A DNA stretch of 62,207 bases, counting the filler, from Gonapodya sp. JEL0774 (lineage: Eukaryota), in the NCBI GenBank assembly GCA_027604505.1. It is 10 parts of 10 records of this genome, joined end to end, with 100 filler letters (N's around TTAATTAATTAA, not from the genome) between each part and the next. Parts side by side here need not be neighbours in the genome. Positions count along the whole stretch, not along the records: positions 25,082 to 31,209 come from JADIIX010000625.1; positions 31,310 to 37,425 come from JADIIX010000626.1; positions 37,526 to 43,629 come from JADIIX010000627.1; 7 more parts are not named here. One strand, 5' to 3'. The translations under genes were made by a program, and so were the position numbers. This document shows positions 25,276 through 37,727 of this stretch, one piece after another (the stretch's first letter is position 1; every line of letters begins with the position of its first letter). The notes under the pieces are model-generated. The model was not told the DNA's origin and searched no databases. It saw only the letters and a program-made list of their open reading frames with translations.

Positions 25276-26961
25276 ATGGAAGGCGCGGGCGCTCAATCAC
25301 CCCCCCTCCTGACTCTCCCACGACCCGCAGTCAGTGGCATTGATCACACATTCGCCCCGCACCCGGTGCCTTGGTGGGCATCAACAGAAGGCGCAGCTCT
25401 CTCTGCCGAGAACCCGAACGCAGAGAACAGGGAGGATGAAGGCCCCGTCTTACTATATCGTGGAGTCAAAACAGCTCAGGAGCATCCTACGGAGCACCTT
25501 TTGAGAGCCCCAACAGCGACAATTCAATCATTTCATGACACACCAGCGCCAGTCCCTTTTCTGGTCGCTACAAGGAGCAATGACAGGAAGCTTACATTGC
25601 TAAAAACCCGGCCAGGAGTCGAGGAGCCGCGAAAATTCGGCTCGCCGCCATTGTTGACTCAACACCATTCGAGGTTTGCAATACCCCGTCCACTCTTGGA
25701 ACTCCACAACCGTTTGGGGGTCCAATTGCAGGGCCAACTTCTCTCCAAACCGCCTGTTCGTGCAGTAGGGGAGCTTCTTTGTCCACCTGGAGTTTCATTC
25801 CGAAGCCGGGGTCTGGTCAATTCAGGCAAATTGCCCCTAATTCGCCTCTCATCATTCCAAACCGACAACTTCCCATTACTTCAACCTCCTCAAGCTCGTT
25901 CTGAGTCGAGACTACTGACCTCGATACACCCACCCGCAACACACCCGAGGCAGAGTGAGCCCTTCCAAAGCTCCCGTCGTGAAAGCTCAAATACTGATCT
26001 TCAGCGACCCTCCCACCATCAGAGTAATTTTCTTGTTGAGGGCGTCGACCTTGGATGTGGTCATGTAGATGCTCACTCTCCGTCTTGCACGAACGCGCTT
26101 CTGCTCGTCTTACGCACTGAAGTCGCAGCTTTGGTGAACGCATTCGCACGAATGAAGGAGACCAACAACGCAGCCAGTATGAACAATGTTGAACAACAAA
26201 AGGAGTCCCAGAAATCTGATGCTGTGGAGCCTGCGAATGTGGAGAAACAAGCAGACCGACAGGTTCTCCCAGACCCTGAGCCGTTGCATGTCAACACACC
26301 AGGCATTACAATAAGCTCTCGAACTGGCGCACTCAGTCAAGCTAAGCAAAGTGCACGATCTCGGAGGCGTGCTCGGCTCCCGTTGAATGGAGTCGTGAAG
26401 TTCTCGACTGGTACTGGGACTATCTCGGGGGAGCCGTGCGGAGAACATTTGGATCTGGCATCTCTCCAGATACCCGACATCGTTCATGAAAGCATTTTGC
26501 AAAATTCGAATGAATTTGGTGGGATTCAGCGAAAGGGCTCCTCGGTGAACCCTGAAATCCATTTACACGAAATGACGAAAGTAAACGGCCCGGATGATCC
26601 AGGTTCAAGAATAATGAGCATTCGAAGTCACCACGTGTCAGAAGGGAAACACGACCTGCATCCAGTCGGGACCGAGGCAATCGCCTACGCACTTCCAGAT
26701 GAGCGCACCACAGAAGTAGCAGCAGCCGGACATCCTCTCTCGGAATCGAATCATGTCAGTCTACAGACATCATCGCCACGGAAAGTCTTCCCGTCAATTG
26801 AACTTCTTGCTCGAGCCGAAAAGGAATCTCGACGTCTCGCCCGGGAGGCAAGATGGGCACGGTTGAGGGCAAACCAAGAGGAGATCCTGTGGCGCGAGTA
26901 TCAAGAAACAAGGAAAGCGCGGTTTCCAAAGACGTTTACGAATTCGTTCGGTCTCGACTGA
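25276..26961 (+). CDS. Hypothetical low-complexity protein
   Basis: 582-codon open frame with first ATG at 25276 and a charged helical C-terminus. No domain recognised. Confidence 0.5.
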   Translation: MEGAGAQSPPLLTLPRPAVSGIDHTFAPHPVPWWASTEGAALSAENPNAENREDEGPVLLYRGVKTAQEHPTEHLLRAPTATIQSFHDTPAPVPFLVATRSNDRKLTLLKTRPGVEEPRKFGSPPLLTQHHSRFAIPRPLLELHNRLGVQLQGQLLSKPPVRAVGELLCPPGVSFRSRGLVNSGKLPLIRLSSFQTDNFPLLQPPQARSESRLLTSIHPPATHPRQSEPFQSSRRESSNTDLQRPSHHQSNFLVEGVDLGCGHVDAHSPSCTNALLLVLRTEVAALVNAFARMKETNNAASMNNVEQQKESQKSDAVEPANVEKQADRQVLPDPEPLHVNTPGITISSRTGALSQAKQSARSRRRARLPLNGVVKFSTGTGTISGEPCGEHLDLASLQIPDIVHESILQNSNEFGGIQRKGSSVNPEIHLHEMTKVNGPDDPGSRIMSIRSHHVSEGKHDLHPVGTEAIAYALPDERTTEVAAAGHPLSESNHVSLQTSSPRKVFPSIELLARAEKESRRLAREARWARLRANQEEILWREYQETRKARFPKTFTNSFGLD

Positions 26962-27773
26962 GCATTTCCACCGGACCCTGGTGCACGGACGGTAAACATT
27001 ACATCGAGCGTGGATTTCACAAACATTCGCACATCGTTCAGTTCCTCCTCGATGATAGTCGGTAACGATGACAGTGCCTCAGAATCTGGTCCGAGTGGGG
27101 TGCCCCACTAGGTTTAGGACTTCTCCGAGTTCAGGTGACTTGGTCAACTCAAGTGAGGGTTAGGGGCTAGTTTTCGTCTCTCTTAAACTAATGTATCAGA
27201 GGTACTTGCTGTAGAGGTTTACAACGCGGGCCCGAATCATCCTCTGGTACTGTCGCCCGGCACAAGATTGTATCGGGAGTGAAGACCACATAGTCAATTT
27301 GGACATTCGAATGAAAAAGATAACCAGCAGAATTGTGAATAGCACTGTTTGACATCTTAACGGGACCGGTTTGTGATTATTGATCTTGTGCTGGTTGGCG
27401 ACTGCACAACATCAATGTGAGTATGCAGTTTGTCTCGCCTAGCGACCGGCAGCTGGTTGTATTTTCATCAATTTGCACGCTACGCAGATCGGATACTCCA
27501 ATATATGATACGTCAATGGGGCGTGTTAGTTTCGTAATGCGTCGCGGGGGGTTTGCTGATTCCTGGACAGGAAAGAACCTAGTAAATCGGAGGAAAAATC
27601 CGGGATCCATCGCTCTGCATGCAATTTATCTTCAGGCAAGTGACTCCGCTGAAAATGCTTCTCATTTCAATGAGAAATGTGTGACATGTTGGTGTCCAAA
27701 AAAGGCGCAAGGGATCACTCCACAGTGCGGCCGATCACACCACCCACACTTTCCTGTCGCTCGCTTCTCAGTC

Positions 27774-29206
27774 ATGGACCCATACCTTCCAACACCACCT
27801 CCCAGTGTCCTACCTTCGGTGGAGCTCCTATCTGATGGCCATGACTCGTGCTTCTCCTACTGGACTCCGTTTTCCAAAAGCTTGGATTCGACATCCCCAC
27901 ATCGATCGCCATCATCCTCCACCGTCAGCAGCCAGTGCACGACCGTCGACAGTATCTCAATCGAAAGTGCGAAAGTGGGCCTGGGGATACTTCTACCGGA
28001 CGAAATCCTCGTCACGATTCTTCAATTTTTAAGCACCAGTACTGGCACCACCCCTGTGGGAGAAGACCACTCCGTTTTTGAGCCGAAATCCCATTCGGAA
28101 CTTGAGAATGAACGATCTTCTATCAGAGCCTTAGCATCCTGTCTTACGGTCTCTCGCAGTTTCTTTCTTGAGGCGAGCAAACTCCTTTACCGCACGGTAC
28201 GCATCCATTCAGTCATCCAGCGACAGGGAGTCATGAAGTCTCTTCTTTTGAGTGAACCTGCTAGTAGTCTTGGGCCTTTTCATAGGATGCGATCTGAAAT
28301 GGACGTTTTGATGATGTTTTCCCCCCGGCGAGAGGGAGGTTCTCGAGTGAAGTACATTCCTTCTAACTCTGGACCTGGAGACCGCAATATCGAGTGGTCG
28401 AAATCAGCGATGCGAGCTCCAGTGACTGAATACGGGAATTATGTTCGTCTTGTTGATATCGGACTCCGGCCATCAATCACCGAGGATACTCAGTCAGGTA
28501 AGCCAAAACGCTGTGGCAATCTTTCCACTTCGAAAGTATCTGAGCTGACTTCAGGTTTTAGAATCATCCTACAGTTTTTCTGACCGGGTTATTGAACCGT
28601 TCTTGCGCACTCTTGCGTCTCGGTGCCCAAACCTTGTAAGCTCTCCCCCTTCCGGCTCTTTGTCAGATCTGCTCACTGTCTGCATTCTTAAAATCCGCTT
28701 AGTCACACCTTTCGCTCTCTGGCAGCTCTTTTTCTCATCTTACATTCCGCCTTCTTGTCAAAAACGTTGGGCGCTCACTCACGCACCTGGACGTCTCGTA
28801 CTCTTTTATGAGAAGTCGAAGCTTTCGTACGATGTGGAATGACCATGCGGATGGGGAAGATACGGGCGAGGTTGTGGGCACAGAAGACCGGTATATTGAT
28901 TCGACTGTTGTTGACGGTATAAAAGGGCAGAGAACCGACACTGCAGATCGAAATCAGTCTCGCATTCTTCTACCCAACCTGGTCTACCTCGACGTATCTG
29001 GCTTGTTCCGTTTATCTCGGATCCCTACGTCTGTCCTTGTGGATACTGTCAGCAATTTGCCTTCACTCAAGTGGCTCCGAGCGGATCTTTGCCACGAGGT
29101 AAGGGAGTCTGAGTGGATTCAGATCGAAGGAGCACTGCGGGATAGGGGAGGAAGAGTAAGGAAGGACCAGTTTCAAGGATCAGAGGTGGTTGCCACGGCA
29201 GCATGA
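27774..29206 (+). CDS. F-box protein with RNI/LRR-like C-terminus, multi-exon
   Basis: LLPDEILVTILQFL...LASCLTVSRSFFLEASKLLYR (F-box), LRTLASRCPNL, and LPNLVYLDVSGL...LPSLKWLRADLC. Confidence 0.75.
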
Positions 29207-31309
29207 TCAGGGCAGGTTGGGGATGTATTGTCACCGATCACTTAATATTGTCATTTGTGTCTAAGAACGGAACGGCGCGTCTTGAGACCCTACCAGGAGC
29301 TTTGTCGTCAGCGGAACGTGATTGACCATGGGCACAGAACTCCACATTAGCACTGTCTTCCCCTGTAACAGTCATTGAATAATGATAGAATGCATGGAGT
29401 TTTCAACAAAAAAGTTGTGATTAGTGAAGCCATATCCCAAGTAGCGACAAAAGTACTGAATAAGGGGAGGAGGCAGGGCAGGGTCGGGGATGAGATGTGG
29501 ACGGGGGAGACATTGAGGGAGGAGGTAGAGTGCAGCACACACGGCGCTCCAAGTGGGTGCCGGACCACACAAAATGAAGTGCGGTGATATTTATTATTCA
29601 ACGAAAAACCATCGATGAAGCCCAGATCCACATTCCACACTACCACTAACTGCAGATTAAAAAACCAAACAAGACAAAACAAGAAGTGCACGAACCCGTA
29701 CCGTATATCACACACGGATCCCCCCACTGCCGATCCACCACCCAGGTGCGACCTCCTAGATGGCCACTCTGCCATTCAATCACCCAGCTCCATGAACCAA
29801 GTGTCCACCGTCCCCGGTCCCCAGTCCTCCGTGCAGCTCCCTGACTCCCCGCGATCCACGACCAAGGCCAAGCGAGTAGCGACGATCAGCACAGTCCACG
29901 GTCCACGATCTAACGTACTCACTGCCAGTTGCGACGGCCCGACGATCGGGTGACGGGCATCGAACCTAGTGGCCAGGGTGGTATGTGCAGTATTTATCGC
30001 AACTCACGGGTTGTGATTCGAGCATTTCAACCTTCGTCCTTCACACTTCTGACTTGGACGCTCAAAGGGTTTCGAGGTTCGAAGCGGTCAGTACTCGGTC
30101 ATAATTCATATTGGAGACGGTAGGGTGGGATCCAATTGGGTACGAGAGGGTCGGGCAGGGGGGCGGCGCAACGGTTAGGTTGGTGGAGCGGTGGTCGGTG
30201 GCAGGGGCTGTGGCTGGGTGTCGCCGGGGTGGGATTGGGTGGGTTGGTAGGGACGAGGTGACGAGGTGAGAAGTGAGACGGACTCCACAAGCGGTAAACA
30301 CACGAAGTTGAGACGGCAAGCAGCCAGGCAGGTCCCGCCCGTCCACCACCTGCCACCACCGCTGCTGTGCTATTCTGTGGGCCGTTTGGGGTTGGAGTCC
30401 CTCCCCAAACACACACTGCAGTCTGCACACAGCGAGGCACTTTGGTCCGCCCGGACTCGCCCGCGCTGTACCGCCCCGTAACCCCTTTCCCTCTTTCAGT
30501 TCCTGGTGAACATCATTTGTCAACACGGGCCCCGCCGCCACGTCGACTTCAGGTACGACACACCTTCTTCACAAGAGGAAGGCGGTACCGTCCGTCGGGG
30601 CAGGCGGCGTTTCACGATGTGGGTCTTCCCTACAGGGAGACGTATACTTATTTGGGTGTGCATCATTGAGAGGTGAGGTGACGGGGGGTGGAGAATGTAA
30701 TGGGGTGTGTCGGGTGGTATGTGTGGTGGGGAGAAGGAAGGGCGAAAGGGGGGGGGAGGGGGTGGGGAGTGGGACTCACTCTTAGGGGTTCTGACGGACC
30801 GTGNNNNNNNNNNGGGCCCGGGGGCCCCGCCGCGCGGCCCCCCCCCCCCCCCCCCCGGGGGGGGGGGGGGGGGGGGCAGGGGGACTCACCATTAGGGGTA
30901 CTGACGGACCGTGGAGGAATGTGGGATGGTGGAGTGGGGTCTTCTGTGTGTGATGGTGCAGGGGGTTGCCGCCTGGGGCAGCGGGGAAGGACAGTGGAAT
31001 TCGGGGCAGAGGTGAGCAAAAGGGAGGGAACAAGTCAGTATACGAGGACGGAAGTCAGGGACAACCGCATTGGGGATTTTCTCCACCCGCTGCCGTCGTC
31101 ACGGAGAAAAAGACGAGGCAAGACTCTGGAACGGTGTGGGCGACTCAGTCGAATGAGACTCAACATGACCGTGACTCAAGCACGTGTCAGGTAATACATG
31201 CTATAAAGANNNNNNNNNNNNNNNNNNNNNNNNNNNNNNNNNNNNNNNNNNNNTTAATTAATTAANNNNNNNNNNNNNNNNNNNNNNNNNNNNNNNNNNN
31301 NNNNNNNNN

Positions 31310-32333
31310 TCCGGGTGCGGGAGGGGGAGGTGGAGGTGCTACGGAGAGAAATTGAGATGATCACACGATACGAAGTACTTTGAGGAAGTGAGCAAGCTTA
31401 CGAGGAGGCGGGGGCGGAGGAGGAGGTGGAGGTGGAGGAGGTGGTGGTGGAGGCGGAGCTAAGACGAGCAAAATGAATGTCAGAGCTGGTCACATATCCC
31501 ACACAGAAGATCGAGAAACGCACGAGGGGGAGGAGGAGGTGGTGTTGGTGGTNNNNNNNNNNGGGGGCGCGCGGGGGGGGGGGGGGGGGGGGCCCCGCCG
31601 GGGGGGGGGGGGGGGGGGGCGCCGGAGGTGGAGGTGGTGGGGCTGATTTCGCAAATCGAGAAGGAGTGAGTACAATGAGTTTCATCGAGGGTCATTATTG
31701 TGACAATGTAAACTCACGCGGAACAGTCGTAGTGGTTGTGGGTGGCGGTGCGACGGTCGTTGTCTCAATCGCCGCAATCGGTGCGGTGGTGGTCACTTGC
31801 GCAACCATACTCTCAACGGCCCCCTGTGGCGCAATTGCTGCAGGTGTTGGAGATGGCACCGATGCTGGCGCAGGAGCAACGGTCACGATCGCATCCTGAG
31901 CCTTGACGTCCGATCCAGCGGCTACCGCCCGGGCTGTGTCGGCAGGAACGGACGCTTGATTTCTCTTTGATAAAGGAATTCCCGTCGCCAACCCAACGAT
32001 GAGAACAAGCCCCAAAACGGCGACAAGCCCAACCAGTCTTCTACGGTTTTTCGGGAGCGTGATGGTGCTAGTGGCTTCCCAAGCACGGGAAAACACCGTG
32101 CCGTGCGCATGCGAGGACCCGCCTCGCTGATAAGGCTCCTCAAAGGTAACAGCAGCGCGAGGAGCCGGTGCGTTTGCGAGTTCGCTGTTGTTTGCCCATT
32201 GGGTCGACCGTCCGACTTTGCGGCTGGAGCCATTCGACCCGTACCCGCGGGGAACGTCTTCCGCCGTGTCCAAATGCGGATGTTCGTCAAGCTGGTTAGC
32301 GCCCCACGGACGCACACTTGCCGGAGAACTCAT
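31310..32333 (-). CDS. Single-TM Thr/Pro-stalk protein, paralog of the adjacent DPBB gene (3' truncated)
   Basis: TM LVGLVAVLGLVLIVGLATGIPL after a basic KNRRR. Shares AEDxPRG and VKAQDA with the neighbour. Proline-only exons follow, e.g. 31458-31402. Confidence 0.75.
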
Positions 32334-32591
32334 GGGCGGAAACCGTTGGTGACAGCAAAAACGGAAATGAATAAAAACCTCTTTTGCGTCACTCAGGCCT
32401 CACCTGAAAGGGTGCCGTCCCTTCCAAAAATGAAAATGACGAATAGAGAACCCAAACTCAAAACATCAAAAGCGGAAGTAAAAAGATTTTCCAAATTACA
32501 TATAATTACTTAGGTTGCTAGTGGAACTAACGTGGTTTCATAGTCTTCGACACAACACTCCTCGATTTCAGTATTTCAGCATCGCCACCAC

Positions 32592-34283
32592 TTAACACGG
32601 CGCAAACCACACGAAGAAACTAAGTTTTAGGGCGAAAGTGACCGAAGGGATCTCAAAATACAAGGAATACTTACGGTCAATCCACTGGTCACCAGCCCTA
32701 CACTCAGGTCAATACCCAACGCATACCACACCGCCGGCGTGGTGTCCATGTGCCCATACGAGCAAATAGCATCGGGGCACTCATCTTTGATCACCGCAGT
32801 GGTGGTCCTTCCGGTGGGTTCATAATGAATGCACACGTTGACGCCACACCACGACTGGTCCATCATTGTGATGGTCTGTGACGTGGAAAGGACCAGATAC
32901 TTTGGAACCAAGTCATACCCACAATCAATCACACGAGCTCACCAGAGCGATGGCCCGCTCGTCGTTTGAAATGCCTCCAAGAGTCCAGCAGAATCCTTCT
33001 CCTCCCTTTGCAACAGGAAGTTTATGGGATATCCTATGAGGTTCGAGAAATGACACAAGGAAGCGAGTAGTTCGGTAACGCACGTTTGGATAATAGTAAG
33101 TGAGGCGACCAGGATAAACCTGACCATTCGAAGGAGGAGGAGGTGCTTTATGTAAGGGACGACATGAGTACGGGTGTGTAATCCACCGAAGGCATCGCCT
33201 TTCACACTCACGAGGTGGCGGTGGCGGTGGCGGTGGGGGAGGTGGAGGAGGAGGAGGAGGAGGCGGTGGTGGAGCTGGTTACCGGAACAGGTTGAACACA
33301 CAATGGATCAAAAGAATTGGAAGAACATTGGCACCAGATGGGACAAAAGCACACGAGTACATACGTGGTGGTGGTGGAGGAGGAGGAGGAGGGGGCGGCG
33401 GAGCTAAGATCGCGGGAATGTATAGTGATTACCTGAATCAGCTTTTGCATGTAATTGTGCACTCACGAGGAGGAGCTGTGGAATAGAAGACAGAGCGGGC
33501 ATATCGTACATTAAAGTCTTTGAAGACCGATTCAGCAGTGCAGTGTACTCACGTGGTGGGGGTGGAGGTGGAGGCGGAGGTGGAGGAGCTACGCAAACGT
33601 TGGGTAAGAGTGAGACTATATTACGAAGAGAGACTCGCAAATTGTCCGAACCACTCACGAGATGTCGTGGTAGTTGTTGGTTTTGGCGGTTCTGCCGTCG
33701 TAGTACTGGTCACAACTGGGGCTGCGACAGTTGCACTAGACGTTGGAGTTCCTGCATCAAGAGTTTCCGCCGCATCCTGCGCCTTTACAACCTGACCAGC
33801 AGGTGGTGACGGGGCCGACACAGGCGCAGGTACCACGGCGGGGTTCGGTGCCAGTTCGTTGAAAACAGCGGTGCGGGCAGCAGTCATTTCAGGATCCATT
33901 TCGACAGCGGATTGATTCCTCCTTGACAGGCGAATTCCGGTTGCAACTCCTACAATCAGCACAACACCCAACACGGCGACCAGCGCCAGTATCTTTTTCC
34001 TGTGTTTCGTGCTGGTGATGGTCACGACCACCTCGGATGCTCGCGAAAACATTCCAGCAACACGACTCCGTCGAGCGGATGCACCGGACCGAGACGAATC
34101 ATATGGCAAAGACGCGATACCCGATGGTGCTGGTGGGGCTGCGATGCTGCTCTTCGGCTCCCGTATCGCGGCAGGTGAGGCTGGATTCCGCCCCCCGAAC
34201 CCGCGGGGTGCATCTTCTGCCGCGAAGAGATCCGGCTGGTCGTTGAGTTGGTCCCATCGGCGAGACCCGAATGACGAAGCCAT
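32592..34283 (-). CDS. Membrane-anchored RlpA-like double-psi beta-barrel (expansin/loosenin-like) protein with polyproline stalk
   Basis: N-terminal TM, Thr-rich segment, Pro exons, then GRLTYYYPN|GGEGFC...AIAL|...WCGVNVCI...AVIKDECPDAICSYGHMDTTPAVWYALG (DPBB D-x-C-P...H-x-D motif). The 3' end is approximate. Confidence 0.82.
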
Positions 34284-34598
34284 TTGGGCTGGGCAAAGAT
34301 TTCCCAGCAAAACTGGATTTGGGACGTTTCTCCGATCAGATGCCAAGAATCCATGATTGCCGCAAGATTTTGTCCTTGAAATTACAATTTAATTCAGAAC
34401 CCCCGACTATTAATCAATGTACGTTCGAATTGGAGCGTGCGAAAACACGCATATTCATTTGTAGGACCAGTGTGCATCACGCGAGGTCATGCCGTTCCGT
34501 CCGCTGTGGCTTGCATTTCACCGAATGCTGCTTCTTTCAGTCAACCAGAAAGTGACCATTCACGGACATAAAGATATTCCCCCGTCTTTATATGTCTA

Positions 34599-37425
34599 TC
34601 AATTGACAAAAAGAAATTCAAAGTCCTCTTGGGTCAACCGCGCGAGTGCGGACATGTCCTTCCTGTAACAGCCACATGTGGCGCCGGTGAAGTGGTCAAC
34701 AATGAACACAAATGAACTGAATCGATGGCGAATTCTCACCCCACAGTCGAATCAAACATGGCTTTCTTCTTCAACTGAAGCTGTATTATTCGGGACTCGA
34801 TGGAGTTTTCGATTATGATCCTGGAATCCATGGTCATTGATTCAGGGTGTGTGTACACTGGTGTCGTTTCCGGAGCACAGTTCTCACCTGGTAATTTTAA
34901 TGGGGCGGTGCTGGCCGAGACGGTGAATCTGCTCACGAAAGCGGTCAAATGTTGCATAATTTCGCATTTCCAAAGAGTGCTGTATTTTCTCACCCTATCC
35001 ATCGCCTGTTCCTCAACAGCTGACAAGCAACAAAGTGAGATGGTTTGGTTGAAGCTTCTGCAAAAACAAGTAGGGCGATCAAAGCTCACCAGGATTCCAC
35101 CACTGGCAAGAAACACGAACAGGCACCGTGAGTTACATTCAAAGGAGCCTTCGGTAAGTAAATCGGAGAAAGCCTACCGGATCCATCAAAAATACATTGG
35201 ACGCCTCAGTCAAGTTCAACGCGATTCCACCAGCCTTGAGTGAAATCAAGAATACGTCGATGTGAACGTTGGTCATGAACTGAAAACGGAAGGAGAATCA
35301 GACCCAACGACACTTGATTGATTTATTTGAGAAGAGCAGGTGCTATTTGCCTCTTTGATTATGGTATCACGCTGCTGCGGTGACATGCGACCATCAAGTT
35401 TCACACACTCGAAACCGGACCGTTTGAGCCGCCACTGGACCAGGTCTAGTGATCAAATTGAAGGCGTCGGCAAGAATGCATCAGCTCTTGATCAACGCTT
35501 GCTTGCATGTTGATCCCATACTCACCCAAGAAGTTTACGAACTGGGAAAACACAATGCTCTTCACCGTCGTGTCCTTCTTCTTCAAATTCGTCAGTTCCT
35601 CTACCAACGCTTCGATCTTGGTAGAGCTCCGCCAGGCCGACATGTCGAGGTAATTCACGATGGACTTCTTCACCGCACTGTTCGATCCTGTCTCTTGAGG
35701 CAAAACTTCTTCCTGCGAGAGGTCGATAGTGAGCGGACGGAAGCAGACTGGACATCGGGGGTTCTCCTCGACGGCGGATTCGATGTATTCACGGGCATCC
35801 TCTCTGCGCGCGAAGGTTGTGAGTCGTGAGTCGTGCAATGGGCGGAAAGTCGCAATCACAACGACAAACCAACCTGCAGAAGGTGTGCTTGCATTTGGAG
35901 ATAATGGCATCCTCCGCAGGCTCATTACAAATACCACAAACGAGAGACTTTGCCCTGGAGAGATAATGCAGTCTCTTAGTACCTGGGAAAGCAGGATTGA
36001 CCCCATAAATCATCGAACCGTACTCCGCTTCACTTGCTACCAATCCTTTCTTAGTCACGAGATCGGGATGGTTGGCCGCTTGCCGCATCTTCATAAGGAG
36101 TTCGAATATGTTGGCATCTGGTGGGAAATACAAGTGCGCAATGAAATTTATCACGATTGGCCCGGAAAACAAGAATTATTGGCGTGGTGCCCACAGTTGT
36201 TCAGTACGGTCTCCTCTGCCACATATGTATCGAACTTCCGCTTCGCATCACCGTACTGCAATGCAAATGATATAACATTGTTCAGGGATTCGAATTCATC
36301 GAGCGTTTTACAGCGTTTCAGGGACAGGGGCTCACCAGCGAGCTGTACAGATCGTCCTCCTCCTCATTGAAATAATCTCTTCGTACCACGACAACCTTGG
36401 GAGGTAAGCCAAGGTCGGCCGCCTTTTGCACCTTTGTTCGCCGGAGCATCACCCGGTCGAGGAGCCGAGCCAGCTTACGGAAACCGAGCGCGCCGGCTTC
36501 GTGCTCGTGGCCAAAGTTTATGATGCTGTGCAAGAATCAACGTCGGGTGTGGATCGACAAGACAGGATGGAGATGAAACATGAGATCTATAATCACGGTT
36601 TGAGGATTTCGGTATTCCACCAATTGAAGTGGCTCATAGGCTTGTGCCCACATGAATCACAAGTTCGCCCATCTGCGAAAGCCCATTGCAGTGACTGACA
36701 AATAAACTGTTAGTTCCGGTATCCATGTCGAGGAGACGCTTGGAGAACAGATATACCTTGCAATCGCATTGTTTGCAGTAGTAATAGGAGCTGGGATAGT
36801 CGCAACATTGAATTACTGTGATGTCGCGCTTCGGGACGGCAAACACAAGAACTCACTATGGGTCGCACTTCAAGAATCGGATCAGAGAATATCTGAACCG
36901 AGTCGCCGGTACTCATGATTAGTTGCGGTCACACCAATTTGGTAACACACCACTATACAATACTTACAGTTCCCCGACCCTATTCTGAAGCGGCGTCCCC
37001 GACAAGCTCCACTTCTTCTCGGCGCGCAAAGCAAACACAGCCCTAGCGGTGGACGATGTTCGGTCCTTAATACTATGAGCTGAAGGAACGTGCGAATGTT
37101 ACCAGTGAGACTTCAGGACGGATCGTCCTGAGGTGACCCACCCTCGTCCAAAATAACCCTGTACCAGTCCACCTTGTGAATGGGCGAAGGCTCTTTGACC
37201 ATCACCCCTTTCCGCTTGAACCCATACCGCTCTTTCCTGAACGATGACTCCACAATCGCATATGTGGAGAGCACCACATCGAACCTTGCCAATTCATCAG
37301 AGTCCGATGTCCTATCTAGCCCGTGGAAGACACATACTCGGAGAGTGTTGGCAGCGGTGTGCTTGGAAATTTCGGCTTGCCATTGCAGGAGAGCGACAGT
37401 TGGGGTGAGGACAAGCGTTGGTGCC
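34599..37425 (-). CDS. RAD16: RAD16-type SNF2 helicase / RING E3 ligase (5' truncated)
   Basis: [47 protein letters not shown]...SKCKHTFC...[18 protein letters not shown]...[37 protein letters not shown]. Ends EDFEFLFVN*. Confidence 0.93.
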
Positions 37426-37727
37426 NNNNNNNNNNNNNNNNNNNNNNNNNNNNNNNNNNNNNNNNNNNNTTAATTAATTAANNNNNNNNNNNNNNNNNNN
37501 NNNNNNNNNNNNNNNNNNNNNNNNNCAAGTCTCGCAATAAGTGCATGAGACAGAGCTAGAATTAGAAATTCTTGCCTGCACTCACAACATGGAGGCTAAT
37601 TCTATGGAGACAATGTCTGTGTGCTTGGATGGATCTGGATCGCCAGTGCGGTGACCGGGTTGGTCCTCACAAAAGGTTGTGAGATCATTTCACATAAACT
37701 GCTCCCTCATCCGGCTTTCCCCTTCAG

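Noticed and set aside
27155..27170. Telomere-like GAGGGTTAGGGG
   Set aside because: A single TTAGGG unit, expected by chance.
30771..30913. Near-duplicate 33-nt sequence and poly-C/poly-G tracts around a 10-N gap
   Set aside because: Looks like overlapping low-quality read ends at a gap, i.e. an assembly artefact.
31552..31625. Long pure G runs next to a gap
   Set aside because: Degraded base calls of a GGW (Pro) repeat; exon size there cannot be trusted.
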